A stretch of DNA of 64,000 nt from Sphagnum compactum (taxonomy: Eukaryota), in assembly GCA_965153455.1 (NCBI GenBank), contig OZ234493.1, positions 16,296,213-16,360,212 of the forward strand, read 5' to 3'. Below, piece by piece: positions 33,901 through 51,380 of this stretch. The notes beneath the pieces are model-generated. The model ran no database searches. It saw only the letters and a program-made list of their open reading frames with translations, and had not been told where the DNA came from. The position numbers and the translations under genes are program-made. The first letter of the stretch is position 1. Every line of letters begins with the position of its first letter.

Positions 33901-36900
33901 TAGTGTAAGTAGGGAGAACAAACAGCTGACAAAAACCCTATTCAAAAGGGTGCATTGTCTGGACAAAGTTAAATTTACCTATTTTGAATGAAGCACACGC
34001 AGTTGGGTACATAACAACGGTCTTCCCCTTTAGAGCAGCTCCCTGGGTGTGGAACCAGGAACTCTAAACCTCAAAAGAATACAAATGCATTAGTTGTTGT
34101 AGTTTTTTCTTCCAAATTTTACTGTGTGAGGAGTTTTCAGGAGGGATACTGTAGTAGCATGTGCAGAGCAGGTTCAGCACTTTGATGCCAAATGTTGAAT
34201 ATATTTTCTCCGCAGATTTTGGCATAATCATTCAGAAATTATTAAGGTGTACATTTTAACTTGTTAGATACACCTTAATAATTTTCAACAGTTCTGAATT
34301 TTTTGTTCTCTTAATTATTTAGTGCTGAACTTGCCAGGTGACTACGGTATATATATTTCAGATACTTCGGCACTAGTTGGAGCTAATGTAATGGAGATCC
34401 TCTTCTGGAAATAGGTGTCACACTCTTTCAGAAGGGGTATTAGCCCAGGCCAAAAATGATGATGAACAGGTTAAGGAACACAAAATAAGAATTACTTCAG
34501 CTTTTTAGGTGTGTTCCATTCTTCTTTGCAGCGTGATACATTCTATGGTTGTTGGTTTCATTTTTGTGACATAGCTGAAGTGGCAACCATCCAAAAGACA
34601 GTTTAGCGAAATCTGGCTACAAATAATAGGATATGAAAGTAAAGTAGTTTCAGCATCCTTCACATTTTTGGCTAGAACCCAATAGAGAAATCTGGTGAAT
34701 TTGTTTTTTTTAAAAGTTTTTTCCCCATAATAGTTCAGCTCATACCAACCACGCAATCACAATGGGTGCAATTGTGAGAGGGAGAGGACTACAGGGACCG
34801 ACCTGTAGATCAATTGGTCTCTCTTAAGAGCATCACTAATCTGCTGGATAAACCGCTGACCTGACACCTTCTGTTACTCTCTGGATTACAAATGAAAGAC
34901 TAACAATCTAGGCCAAAGACCGGGGGCTTGTTTTAGAGTTCTCTGCATCAGGGACAACTCGAAACAGAAACTCTGGCCGTAGCTCCGTGTACTGTAGTAC
35001 CTTGGCATCTTCTGCACAAATTATATTATTTTTTAGAAATGCCAAACTTTTTCAAAATCTTTTTCTCAAAAAGAAAAAGAAAAAGTTGTGAAGGAAGATG
35101 ACACATAGTTGAAATATTTTACAATATATGTTTTTCAAATTGGAATCTTCAAAATTAATTTAATTATTCAGCAGACGTGTGCTGAAGTCGCTATGGTACT
35201 TCAGGAATAAGGAACTTAAACAGAATATACAAGGGATATCACAATTACACATGTATGGAGTCTGGTACCCTTGTTGAGAATCTCCACCGACAGCAGTAAA
35301 ATGGCCTGTAGACGACATTTTGGATGAAGTACACCCTTTATATATGGTAAAACTGAGTTTGGATCTCTACATACGCACATGACACAATAACTCTAAAAGG
35401 GACGGTAAAGGAAATTGATGAATTTTGATTCGCCCAGGTGGTGGTATTTAAGTAGTCTCTCTATGTCTAACTGTATAATGTTTACTTATTATGGGTCGGC
35501 ATAAGAAAACAATTAACACACTATGTTGGATGTGATAACCACAGATAGAGGCCAAAATTACAAGGATGTGGGTGGAGATGCTGTCACACACTCTGCAAGC
35601 AACAACACGAGTGCTGTGTCTGTTGCTTAAATGCAAGTTAGATCAGAGCTGATGGTGGTGGTGACTGGTGATCTGACATTGTTGTCTGTAAGTATGTATG
35701 CAGTCTATAGAGTTTCCTTTCAAGTGCTGCAGTTGGACATCCATGGCAGTCTGAGATGGCTGCCAAGCCGCGGTTCTGATGATTATGCACCAATATTTAG
35801 AATAGCAGCATCTTCTTAAAGAGAACAAGCTTGTCCCGGTCTGTAGTTAGTAGCTCATGTTGCAATTGATGATTGATTATCCAAATACTGAGTCTTTCCA
35901 TGTTCATAAAAGGTGAAAATGTTTCTGGGGTTCCATGAAATGCTCCATTGAATTATGGCTATGATAACATGTTTAGGCAAGTTTGTACCAACCTAAATTC
36001 CAAGAAAGGTTTAGTAGTCCTAGTAATATATGATTTTGAAAGAATCAGTGTCTACAATTAGGGTGGGGGAGAATTCACAAGGTTAAGAAGATGGATTTTT
36101 GGAGCAAGGAAACCCACAGAAAACTAGGACACCAGGACGGGTGTTATTTCAGCTTTCTTATTGCACCGAATTTTCTTTTAAAAAATCCAGTGCAACCAGT
36201 GCAACTGGTACAAATGATTTTTCTCAAAAAAAAGCACCAAAGTTGCCAGATTTCAAAGGGATTTTGAAACCACCATATTTAAGACAATAGGTTCTAGCTA
36301 GTCCCCAAAACATAGCAGGATTCTTTAATTTTTTTACTTTTCTTTACGACCTGTAGCCAAATTTGGCTAATTCCTCTTGTGGATGATTGCCAATGTGGCT
36401 ACATCACAAATTTGAAAAAAGAAACCCTGGTCAGGAGTTTTCTAGGGTCAGCTGGCCCATAACCCAAAACATACCTGATAATAGTTAGCCCCATGGGTGG
36501 TTTGCTCTCTCCTGTTACTAGCTTTAGACTTCACACAAATCAAACAAGAAGTTTGGGTTGTGGAATATCAAAGGAGTTGTGCTGCTGGTGAGTTCCACTA
36601 AGTAGGGAGAACTTCTTGATCTTTGACAGAAAATTTGGAAATGACTCACAAACTAGTTCCTTAACCCTAATGTACAGGGCCAGATAGTTTCCATTTATTT
36701 GTATTTCATGTGTCATTACCTAATGTCAAGTTGTCATTTTAATGTAATCTATGTCACAATAAACATCAGATATTGTACATAGTCATTGATGAAACTACAA
36801 AGTTTACCTCACACATGAGTCATGAGCCCTAGCTTTTTTGTGTCAGAAAACCACATTCTCTTGTACTGACACACTTTGTGGACCCAATTTTGTAAGAGAT

Positions 36901-39396
36901 ATATCTCTCACTTAAGGTTACATCAAAGAACATTTACTTCCATGTCCATTTGGTGGACATGAATCACATTGTACAATGCTGTAAATGCAATCAATGGTAT
37001 CTTAGAGATGTGGTTTCAATAACAAGTGAAAATGTTTCTACATAATCAATTCCTTTGATTTTGGAAAACCACATGTAACCAATTGAACTTTAATCAAACT
37101 TTGGTATCATTACATTGATACTTCCTTTTCAAGATTTAAGTTTACAAGAAAAAAAAATAGTTTTGTGAAGATTTTGCTATTTGAAAGTAAGTCAAATTAC
37201 TATCAAAAAATGAAACATAAACTTTTGTTTGGATATACTTAACACAAAATCTTTAATGAAATAGGTATATGTTAGATTGGGATATGACAATCATTGTATA
37301 CATCAAATAGATTTTCTACTTTTATTTGTTAGATCATACTAAACATATAATTTACAAAAGGTTTCACTACAAAAATTAAATTCCAAAACTATTTGCATTT
37401 GGGTGCATTCGCAACTTGGATACACAAAAAGATTATGTCATTTCAAAGTCATCTTAATTTTCAACTTTAATTGATTATTATGCCTTGTATAATGTACAAA
37501 TTATGGGATTTTTATTATTTCAACATACATAAATGTACATTATGATCATATGGTTTTTTTAAATCTTGAATTTTGATGATTAAAACATGTTTTTAAGTGT
37601 TTTGGAACATGGTTCAAGAACCATGTCGAACCATGTCCCATTACAATATTTTATAAAAAAAAATGAACAAGAATAAAAATATTTGTTCAAATTGCTTCAT
37701 ATTTTAACTATAAATAAAATAAATAGGTTCTCCATGATGGCATAAAATTTTAATATTATAAAACATCAAATTTTGTGAAATTGATGATAGAATTTTGAAT
37801 TTTTTCATTAGAAAAAGTTGCATCAATAAGGACAATTATGTGATTTTTTTAAATAATTAGGTTTCATTTCAAAATTTTAGAAAGAAATATGAGAGATTTG
37901 AACACAAAAAATAGCACATTACTTGATGTTTTTAATAAAACTTTGATACTCTAAATGAAAGACTACCATTTTGAAAATGTTTTATTATCTTTCAATTTTT
38001 TATTGGTTTACTTTTTAATAAATTTTTAATTTATTTTTTTAATTTATCAATCATTTTTGCACTTATTTGTTGAAGGATTAAACATACATATCCACTTTTC
38101 ATTGTCTATCATCTCAAAACATTCATTTCACCTCATAATATAGAGGACAAGATAGGACTAAATCATGGTTGTGATAGACCAACTATGAAATTTGCATCAT
38201 TTCAAAAAGCAAGATTTTAAAAACTTATGAAACAGGGAATGGTCATCATGAACAAGGGTGGTTGGCCAATATTTGAATCAATGCACATTAATGAAAAAAT
38301 GTTTTACCTCTGATCATCCAATTAATTAAACCATTCAATGTCAAACAATTTTATGATGGGTTTTGTTGTTACTTTACATCCAACCCTAACAAAATAATTT
38401 CGATGCTTAATTTATTGTGTTTCCATCCCATTCTATATTTATAAAACTTGATAAAATAACTAAAATGTAATCACCATGCCATTTTTGTTATCATGCATTT
38501 GATTTTCAACAAGAGCTTCATAAGCATGCAACATATCAAACACATCACACTTTCTCTCAAGGAAATAGACTATCAAGTGAATTATGAATAATCATCTATG
38601 AACGTTGCAAAACTTAGTCATATCCACATATAGTTTTGTTTGCCTAAGACCACAAATGTTTTGAGATATGAATTCCAACACAACTTTCACTCAAGAATAA
38701 CTTCCATTCGAAATAGAATTTGATGCAACAACTCAACCTTCACAAAGTGGAAAGATTTGGAATAGTTGTTGGAAATCATTATTAATCCTAATTATCATGT
38801 TTTTTTGTTTTTTTTGGTGCATACTACAAATGTTCAAAGTGACCTAGCAGGGACGTCACTTGATGTTGTTTGCAATAGCATTATTGCTAATAGTTATGTT
38901 GACATGCATTGGGGAGACAAAGACCTCACTTGATTACATTACAAGGTTATTCTTTAACTCTTGTTGTTGTCTTCATCGTGTAGTCATCATGGAAAAAAAT
39001 CTATCATGTTGCCCCATCTCATTGCCTTGCATATTCAAAAAAAGTAAAATGTTGAATTGTAGAATATTATTACTTTCATTGCCAGGCATAAATACTCTCG
39101 AGGCCATTATTCTCATAAAGCCTGCCCCCCAGACCTTTACAAAGCATAAAAATCACATGCACTTTCTTCTTTTTTCATTTCCATGATACCCAGTGGGTAC
39201 CTGCTGAATATCAAAAAGAAAACCAGTCGCGAGCTTTTCAAATACAGAATGCATTTTAACGCAGACAATTACATTTTCATAAAGCCCACCAGCTTTCCAC
39301 CAGCTTTCTACCAGCTTTTTATGCCAGGTAGGGCACTCTCCAGGTACACTACAAAAAACCAGCACAAGTTTTTATGATCTACTTAATTGAACATAT

Positions 39397-39511
39397 GAGC
39401 AAAGAACGACGCAGAGCTGCCAGAGTTTTCAATGATAGATTGGACACTTTCTGCTGAGCAAAGAATGAGGCAGAGCTGCTAGTGTTTTCAAAGATAAATT
39501 GGACACTTTCT
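39397..39511. repeat. 59-bp direct duplication
   Basis: GAGCAAAGAA.GA.GCAGAGCTGC.AG.GTTTTCAA.GATA.ATTGGACACTTTCT at 39397 and 39456. Confidence 0.8.
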
Positions 39512-40357
39512 CAGTTCCTGTGAAGGTGTTTTCTCCTTTGTGGTCCATTGCTTCATTCATACCAATACACATTCCTTTGATTTACATCGCACCCAGAAAT
39601 AACACAACTTAACTCAGTGTCAATGTTCTTATCATTCATACACAATTTTGGAACCAGAGAACACATCCTTACAAGGCAGATTGTGCCCCAGGAGCATGTT
39701 CCCCTGCCATAAAGGATCACAGGTAGGTATGAAATAACAGTAGAGGTAGGTATGAAATGAGAGAATTGGCCATGGCATACATAGGAAACAATTGAATCAG
39801 CCACCACTAACAATTCTGGCACCTACAACACCTGTAAACCCCACATAACAGCTACCTATGAACCTTTGTATGCACAGAAACTGAATCAGCTCAAAAGTAT
39901 CCATTCCTAAGCTATACATTCTCAGAAGTTCAAGACCATCACTATAACTTCAAGCAAATCATTTCTATATTGAGTCCCTTGTTTGGAAGATGATATGAAT
40001 CACCTTTGATTCGCACAATTCTAACCCCCAACAGAGCAAGCACTAGAATACAATCTGGACACACAAAATTGACAGAATTTTTCATTGTATTCTAAAGCTT
40101 GTTGTTGCCAAGGACAGCAGCAAGACCCCCAATTGTAGCTGCAAATTACCATCCTGGTACTTCGTGCTTTGAGTATGGCAACAAAAAAAATATCATCCTT
40201 CAAAAGACTGAAAAACAAGGACTTCTTACTCCAAACACAAGTGTGTTTATCAATACTAATGACTCTGCATGCTCTTTGGGAAGGAAAGCTGTGAGAAGGG
40301 TAAAATTAATCCCCATAATGCATTAGGAATAAATATCAACAAGAATCACAAAGTGGA

Positions 40358-43531
<3,174 letters not shown>

Positions 43532-43549
43532 AGCCGTCACTCCTCTCCT

Positions 43550-44130
43550 CCACCAGCAAAGAAGCGCAACAAGAACAGCCACAAAATCGCGCACATCCCA
43601 AAAGCCCTTGAAGTCTGGGAATGGCAGATTATGACAGCTTTCTTCGCCACATTATAAGACATAATCTTCTGACAATGGTCATACCTGTCTCCTCCTCCAG
43701 CAAATGTCTGGGATGGCAGATTATGTCATTTTTCTTCACAACATTATATGATATAATCTTCTGATCATCATCATATAGGTCTCCTCTGCCAGCAAAGGAT
43801 GCAACAAAAACAGCCACAAAGATCCCACACAACCTAAAAGCCCATAATGTCTGGGATGGCAGATTATGTCATTTTTCTTCACCGCATTACATAATGGGCC
43901 AGGGGCTTGGCCATTCCATGGTACATTTTGGTCACTATTATGAACAAGTGTATGATCATCACCAGAAGGTTATGTCATATAATGTGGTCACGAAAATGAC
44001 ATAATCTGTGGAATGATCAAGCCCCCTGCACATTATGTTGGGTAATGTGCCAGAGAAGCCAATTATGTTCCCTTACACAACATAATGGGCAGGGACTTGG
44101 CTAATGGGCATGGGCTTGACCATTCCACGT
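43550..44130. repeat. Reiterated motif block in the SerRS upstream region
   Basis: GTCTGGGA(A)TGGCAGATTATG(T/A)CA at ~43613, ~43706 and ~43849; inverted AAAATGACATAATCTG at ~43993; GGGCTTG(G/A)CCATTCCA at ~43903 and ~44112; CCAGCAAA..GCAACAA.AACAGCCACAAA duplicated at ~43553 and ~43789. Confidence 0.7.
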
Positions 44131-47100
44131 TACATAAAACCCTCCTGAAAACAGAAGACATCCCTAAATGTTAACAGCTGCACATTCTGGCTCAGAATGC
44201 TTTGTGAATATTATTATGTAAGCCTCTTGTCACCAACTTGTGATAGCATTTTTCATTTCATTTGTTTTCTTCTTTTTTGTTGAACTTCAATTACTTTTCT
44301 TTTTTTCTTTTCTTTTCTTTTTCATTTCATTTAATTGTTATTTTCCTTTTTTGCATTCCATTTAGTTTCTATTTTCTCTTTTTTCAATTTCAATAAGTTT
44401 TTGTTATGTCTTTTTTCATTTCTTTTTTTTTCTTTTTTTGATTCCATTTATTTGTCATTTTCTGTGTTCTTTATTTTCTATGTTTCATTATGAACTATGT
44501 AATGGAGATGGAAATATTTTAGACAAAGTCCAAAGGAAATACAAGTCCATTGATACTGCTTCAACAAAATGCAAGATGAAGTTGCATTCCTAGTCATGGG
44601 GCTTTTCATTTTAATTATGAATTAAGTGCATGCTTCAAAACTTGCTATCCCATTCAATGAAATTAACTTTTTGTTAATGTTTTATATTTTGGCAATCTTT
44701 CATCAAATATTGGCCTTAAATAAGTTATTTATCTTTCTACAAAGGAAATGATGCCGGAAAGAACTAAGGTGAAATTTATGTAAGACACCTTGTGACTTGT
44801 GAATAGTGATCAATGTTTTCTTTTTCAATTCTTTGGTTTTGCAAAAGTGATGAATTTTTGACAAGTTAGGGAAATTTTTGCATCATGTCTTGAGGACATG
44901 ATTTAAGCTTTAAACCAATTTCAAAGAATCAAATCTAAGAAAATTGGTGTGGAGAAAAAAAAAATTCGATTTGTCACCTAGATTTGGTTGGGTTGGTAGT
45001 ATCTCAACTTTTTTTTCATACATTTTTAATAGAATTTAGGGGCAAAACATTTTTTTATCTCAATCATGTTTTAAGGACATGGGACATGATTGAAGCTTTA
45101 AAACTATCTCCAAGAATTAAACCCAAAAACTTGAAGAGATTGGTGACCAAGAAAACAAAACTCTTTCAATTGGCAATGTAGGTTATGGGTTATGACCTCT
45201 TCGTGAAAGTTATCACATTCTACCCACCATCATTACATGGGAGATTGAATCAACATATGCATGCTTGGTGCCACACATATTTATGTACATCTTGAGAATG
45301 TATTCCAAAATGATTATTTTGTCATTTTTAAGCTAGTATCAAACATAATTCCCAACGAAAAAACCCTTGCTATAGAAAATAATATTCAATTATTACAATG
45401 CAATAATGCTTTACAAAATTGTTCTAAAGTGTGATAATGCAATTGGATTTTCATGTTTTTATGGTTCATGGGGAGATTTCATTATGCAAGTTGACTAAAT
45501 GAAAAAAAAAAATGAACTTAGCATAAGTACATTGTTGAGGTTGGAACCCACATTGGAGTCAAATTGGAGCCTTGTTTCACAAAGAACAAAACAATAAAGC
45601 TAAGAACAAAAGATGTATTTTGGACTTGAAATGTTTTGTAAGACACCATTTAATGGTGTGTATGGCACATTTTGCTACGAGTTTGGATTTTGAACCATAT
45701 ACATAACACAATGTGCTAATATTTGTAGGTATTTAACAATGTTCTAATGTATCTAAGAAATAGTTTTTCTTTAAAATCATAGAGTAGCTTTACCCTGGTT
45801 TGACTCCTTTACATTGGAACCTTTAGAATCAAATTGTCCAAGTGAGTCAAAACCAGTGTTGGCCAATTTCAGCTTTTGATTATAACCTTTGGTTCCAATT
45901 AGTTCCAGTTAGGGAATATTCTTTGTGTAAGGAGCACCTTCGGTTCCGGTTTTAAAGTTTATTTTCAAAAAATGAAACCATAAATCCTAGTTTTCAAATT
46001 TTTTAAAAATCATGATGGTTTTAGTTCGCGGTTTTGTAATAGATAGAAACCTACAATTCCAGGTCAAGATCATGCGTGAATATTGTAACTCTTGAATCAA
46101 TCCTTTGTGCAATCTAATTCATGATTATTTTCCAATATGGTTTTACAAAACACAAACAACAAGTTCCAATTTTTCTTAATTTTTTGAAACCACCTCATAT
46201 TGCATAGCTCAAAAAGATGGGAAGAAAATATTATATTGTTTCCCTATGGATATGAATTTCTTTTTCAACAAACTTGTTGCAATGCATGCTTGAAGCTAAT
46301 TTTCCAAAGCCACCCAAATGAAAAAGATGAAAATAAAAATTGGAATCTATTTAAAAAATAGTCTATTGCTGTTGTTTAGGAGCTTAAAAGTAAATTTTCC
46401 AAGTAGTTGTCATGTACCACTCTTGTAAGCCTGATATGTGCATTCCAAGGAAGAGAGAGATTCCTTGCTTGAATTCACCTTTAACACAAAGCAGCTAGAA
46501 ACCTGAACCTGCCAAATTTCATTACACACAAATCACAATAATTTCATTACACAAAGTAGTCGGCAATTTAAATAAGTGGTGGAAAGGAAGGACACATTCA
46601 AATATGTGTTGATAATAAAAAAAAATCTTAGAATTAGCCAATAGTCGAAGACCATTAAAATAATCTTAGAACAAGCCAACAAACAAAAGATGCATGCAGC
46701 AAGGCAAGCCAACAAAAAACTCATCACCAATTCTTTATTTTTAGAGCATCTTCACAACAAACCAACTATGACCTTCACAATAACAAAGATTGAACATACA
46801 TAAGGGTTACCTTGTAAAATTGATTGAGATTAACCTTAAACATCATCATCAAAGAATCCTTCTTCTTCGATCATGGAGATGTTGTCCAAAAAAGATATGG
46901 GCTGGCCAACATTTGTTGAAGCCATAAAAACTAAAAACACTAACAGCATGAATGTAAATTAGATATATACATTTTGTGAAAAAAAAATAAAAATTAAAGA
47001 CTTGTTGGATGGTAGATTGAAAGTCTTATTGTTTGATAATCTCCTTTCAATTAAGGTGAACAAGAGATAGCAGAATCTTTGCTCTAAGAAATGGGATTAT

Positions 47101-48255
47101 AGGAGGTCATTCTTTGCACAACATTCAAATGACAAAAATTACACAACCCACTAGTCTAGTTATAATCAATATTGCATTCCTCACATTTGATTTTTTGGTC
47201 CCAACTTAAACAAAGGATCACAAGCAAATGAATGTGCAATGACACCCACCAAATTACTTGCTTATTCAAGTTCCTGCAATCCTAGGATTTTTAATAGGTA
47301 TATCAAAATAGAACAACCTTTTTCTTCAAGAATATATCCAGATAAAGTTACAAGTCCAAAAGTTTATCTCACAAAGAGTGCGCGTGAAAAAGAGAGTAGC
47401 AGTGCGTGCAATTTGTTGATCATCTTTCTATATTTTTGGCTACACACTGAAAACCAAATATAAAAATCTGAACATTTTTACTATTTTTCTCACTTCTGGC
47501 AATCAAAAACCTCAAAAACACTTCATTTTTTAAGATCGTTTGATCAGGGTAAGTTGTCCTCATAACCTGGTTGTTCATATTGACATCTTAAAATAGGTAG
47601 GTCAGTTGATTAAAACAGAATATATAAGCACCTAGCAACTAGGACAATGTATGGTATTCCTCACCTTTTGCCTGACCAAAAGACCTTAAATAAGCTATGG
47701 GTCCTCATTAAAGTACTCCCTGTTTCTTTTTTTTCCTTGTCTGCCCATGAGCTGGTTCATCTTTTTCTGAAAAGAGATGAATAATGCCCAGACACACTTT
47801 GGACCCATGTTATACATGATTTGGGCTTGCAATGGACACTCCATTACATTGCCTTCAACAATGGACCCTTAGCTTTTTTAACATCTTCCTTGCCCAACTA
47901 CAGGCTGTAGCAGGCCATCTACTAGCCTTAGCACAGAGATATAGAGCCACCTGCACATGATTTAGATACAACCCCATTCCAGGGGGAACCAACAAAACCC
48001 CTCCCTAATTGATGTATGAATGGGAAGGATGATGATAATCATCAACGATATTCTTTCTCCCTTTGTCGGGAAAGAAATGAAAACTCCCCTTCATCTCATC
48101 AGCAAGGACAAAAGGAATCAATTTATTAAAACCCTGCAAAAAAACTTTAATTATAAACACACCGCAGATTTGAAAAATGTATACAAAGGTATAGGAAAAA
48201 AAAAGGTATCAATTTGGATTAGGGTCATTTTCTTCATCTGAAGCAAAGACCCTTT

Positions 48256-49569
48256 GGCCACAGTGAACCAGCAGCCCCCAGCACACCATGAAGGATGAAT
48301 GGTAAGAGGTCAGGAAACAGTTTTCTGTTGGATTCCAGTTCCCTAGCTAACCATGGTGGTTACCTCAGTTGCTCTTTTTTTTTTTTCAAACCTATCTACT
48401 AACAACCCACAAACAGGTTGTTAGTAGCTAGCTAGTATAAACAGCCTTTACCTTGCATAAACCATCTACTTACCTAGTAGGTATCTATTTTGTTACCTAT
48501 CTACCTATATATGATACCTATCTCCTACAGAATTGGTTACCAAAGTGAAGCCAAATATTAACTTGGTTGAGGTTCATCCGCAATTGAGTAATAACAAGCA
48601 TCCAGTGTATGGTGCGCTGGTGGGTGCTGATGTCCGAGATGGTCTATCCAAGTTAGTCACCAGCTGCTCTTTTCAGAATTCCCCTTGATAGTGTGGCCCC
48701 TTGTCTCGGCATGAGGGTTGTACACTCTAGTGTAGTTGTAAACCTTCCAAACTTTATTGGCCCACGCCGTTTGGTAAGGACTAAGGAAGGAAGGACTAGG
48801 GTCCTCCTTTTGGATCTACAACACTTTAATACTAAGGAAGTGGTTTGGAGTTTGGACCTTTTTGTGACAAATAGGTCATCTTCAACAACACCTATGAAAA
48901 GTAATTAATAATTTAGAACTAGCTTAAAAGGCTAGAGATCAAAAGCTCTAGAAGTAGGTAAGAGAAGGCAAACGATTTGATACTTCATTTATTTCAAAGA
49001 TCTATTCTCATCAATTACTTAGGTATGATATCTCATTCTATTTCCTTTTGTACCTTCTTTTGATTTAGTTGCAACTTTAGTGTTTTTGTTAATTTATTAT
49101 GGACTCTAGCTCTATATAAGACTTGAGTCATATATACATACATATATATATATGGCAAATAATGTAATCTGGATTCTGGAGTGTAATCATAAACAAAAAT
49201 GAAATAAAATAAAATAATATGGTGACATTGCTCTCGTGTGTTTTACACCTTTATTTTTGCAATAAGACAAGAAGGAGGAAATTTGATAGGAAAAAAAGAA
49301 AGGACATGTCCTATCAAAATTCAGCCTAGTTAGATACTAAAGCCCTAGTTCGACCACCAAAGACCAATAACAGACTTATTTGTGGATGAACTACAACTCA
49401 ATTACCAAGGTTCCACCTTGGTGACCTACACCAACAAACCCTTCTACATATGTTTGGCACACATATAGCTAACTACTCTGGTTAGCTAGTGGACAGGAAT
49501 ACAACGAGAAAATGTTTCCTGTCCACACAACATCCATCCAGGATAGGTCGCTGGTATTTCACTCTGGCC
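48256..49569. mobile_element. Older degenerate non-autonomous TIR element (MULE-like)
   Basis: Left end GGCCACAGTGAACCAGC...AGGAAACAGTTTTCTGTTGGATTCC..CTAGCTAACCA is an imperfect ~110-bp inverse of the right end TGGTTAGCTAG..GGAATACAACGAGAAAATGTTTCCTG...TTCACTCTGGCC. TSD not clearly retained. Confidence 0.55.
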
Positions 49570-49959
49570 GTCCCAGTGTATAAGCCCGGGGCTGGAGTGA
49601 ACCAACAGCCACCAATGCACCAGTTGAGGATGAGCCCGTTCAACCCGTTTTGCAGATGAACATCCTCCCTGCCCGTTGAGATTTTTTTTTTCACCTCCTC
49701 TCTGCCTCGAAATTCTCTACCTCCCCCCTCCTACCTCCACCCTCCTACCTACCACCTACCAACCCCACCCCCCCTCACTCCATTGCCATAGCTCCAGAGA
49801 CCTCGAGCGGCTGTGGAGCGGGAGCTGGAGCTGGAGCTAGACCGGCTGGAGTTGGAACGGGACCCACGCGCCCACGAAAAGGTAAGATGCTTACGTTTTT
49901 TTTTGTTTTTTTTGTTTTTTTTGTTTGAAGAAGGTTTGAAAAGTCTTCTTCTTTTTTTG

Positions 49960-50481
49960 CAACAGAAGAAAAAGAAGGCGACGGTAGCGTTGCTGTCGTC
50001 GCCTTCTTCTTCTTCCTCTTTCTTTGCTGCACTACAGCTTAGCTGTAGCGCAGCAAAGAAGAAGGCCTTCTTCTTCTTTTGTTTTGCAGCAGAAGAAGAA
50101 GGCCTTCTTCTTTTTCTTTTTTGCAGCAAAGATGAAGGCCTTCTTCTTCTTCTTTTTTGCAGCAGAAGAAGAAAACCTTCTTCTTCTTCTTTTTTGCAGC
50201 AAAGAAGAAGGCCTTCTTCTTCTTCTTTTTTGCAGCAAATGAAGAAGGCCTTCTTCTTCTTCTTTTTTGCAACATAGGAAGAAGGCCTTCTTCTTCTTTC
50301 TCTTTCTTTGCTGCATTACAGCTCAGCTGCAACGCAAAAAGAAGAAAGCCTTTTTCTTCTTCTTTTTTGCAGCAGAAGAAGAAGGCCTTCTTCTTCTTTC
50401 TCTTTCTTTGCAAGCTGCAGTGCAACAAAGAAGAAGGCCTTCTTCTTCTTCTTTTTTGCAGCAGAAGAAAAAGAAGAAGAA
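49960..50481. repeat. Palindromic GAA/TTC low-complexity array
   Basis: Repeated AAGAAGAAGGCCTTCTTCTT palindromes separated by TTTTTTGCAGCA(A/G)A spacers, ~10 units. Confidence 0.85.
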
Positions 50482-51125
50482 CCCTAAACTCTAAAACCCA
50501 AGGTTGTTTTTTTTTTGTATTTCATCCAAGGTGTGTTATGGTTTAATTTGGTGATTTTTGGGTGTTTATAGGGTTCAGGACCAAACAAAGGCCCAGTTTG
50601 TTGCAAATGCAGTTCAGGTTGAAATGCAACGCCGCCATTTTTACACTACTCATCATGCAGCAGCTGCATACCGAGCTAAACACGGGATTATAGATACTGA
50701 TATGGGTTAGGGTTTCATTTTATAAAATTAGTAAGGTTTTGTAGCCCTTTTATTTATTGGACTACCCAATTTTGAACTTTGATCCTTTTATATGTTATAG
50801 AGATCCAATGTTTTTTTTTCATTAGGTTCTCTAGTAATTTTCCATGCACCCATTTTTGTACATCTTTTATCAATATAATAGTATCTTCTACTTACACTTG
50901 TTTGATGTGTATCTGGTTAATCATATATGTCTTCTTTGTCATAATTTTGTTAGTACTTGAGATGTAAGAATCAAACCAAAGATCAAAATGAACATTATAC
51001 AATACTTACATCTAAGTTAATAGGACTCACATCACCTGAAGACTTTTAAAATAATCCACACATTTTAAACATATAATACCCACATCATTTTCTATTATGA
51101 ACTCCATAAGACCATTTTCTAATAT

Positions 51126-51380
51126 GCAATACCTGCATATAAGTCCAAAAATAGCCACAGGCATTTTGCATTAATTGCAATACCCGCATATAAGTCCCAT
51201 AACAAGCGCTGGCCTTTTACATTCCTTGCAATACCCGCATATGAGTCCCATAATAGCCGTTGGCATTTTGCATTCCTTGCAATACCCGCATATAGTCTCC
51301 ATAATAGCCGCTGGTTTTTTTGGCATCTCTTGCAATACCCGCATATAGGTCCCATAATAGTTGCTGGTTTTTACATTCAT
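51126..51380. repeat. ~51-bp tandem repeat x5
   Basis: Unit GCAATACCCGCATATAAGTCCCATAATAGCCGCTGGCATTTTGCATTCCTT with variants. Confidence 0.9.

Noticed and set aside
34130-34445. miR390/TAS3-like target (TATCCCTCCTGA on minus strand)
   Set aside because: The seed-pairing part (GAGCT) is missing and there is no convincing second site.
34929-34975. GTTTTAGAG Cas9-repeat-like start or hammerhead ribozyme core
   Set aside because: Only a 9-nt coincidence. CUGAUGA and GAAA core elements are not on the same strand in the correct order.
48631-49495. Nested solo LTR (TGTCC...GGACA) inside the older TIR element
   Set aside because: No matching TSD, and the right end coincides with the TIR-like region; not supportable.
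49749-50546. Multiple K/E/F/R-rich ORFs on both strands
   Set aside because: Artefacts of the palindromic GAA/TTC array; no credible protein.
51126-51380. CRISPR-like regular array
   Set aside because: Whole 51-bp units are repeated with no unique spacers, there are no cas genes, and the context is eukaryotic inside a TIR element.
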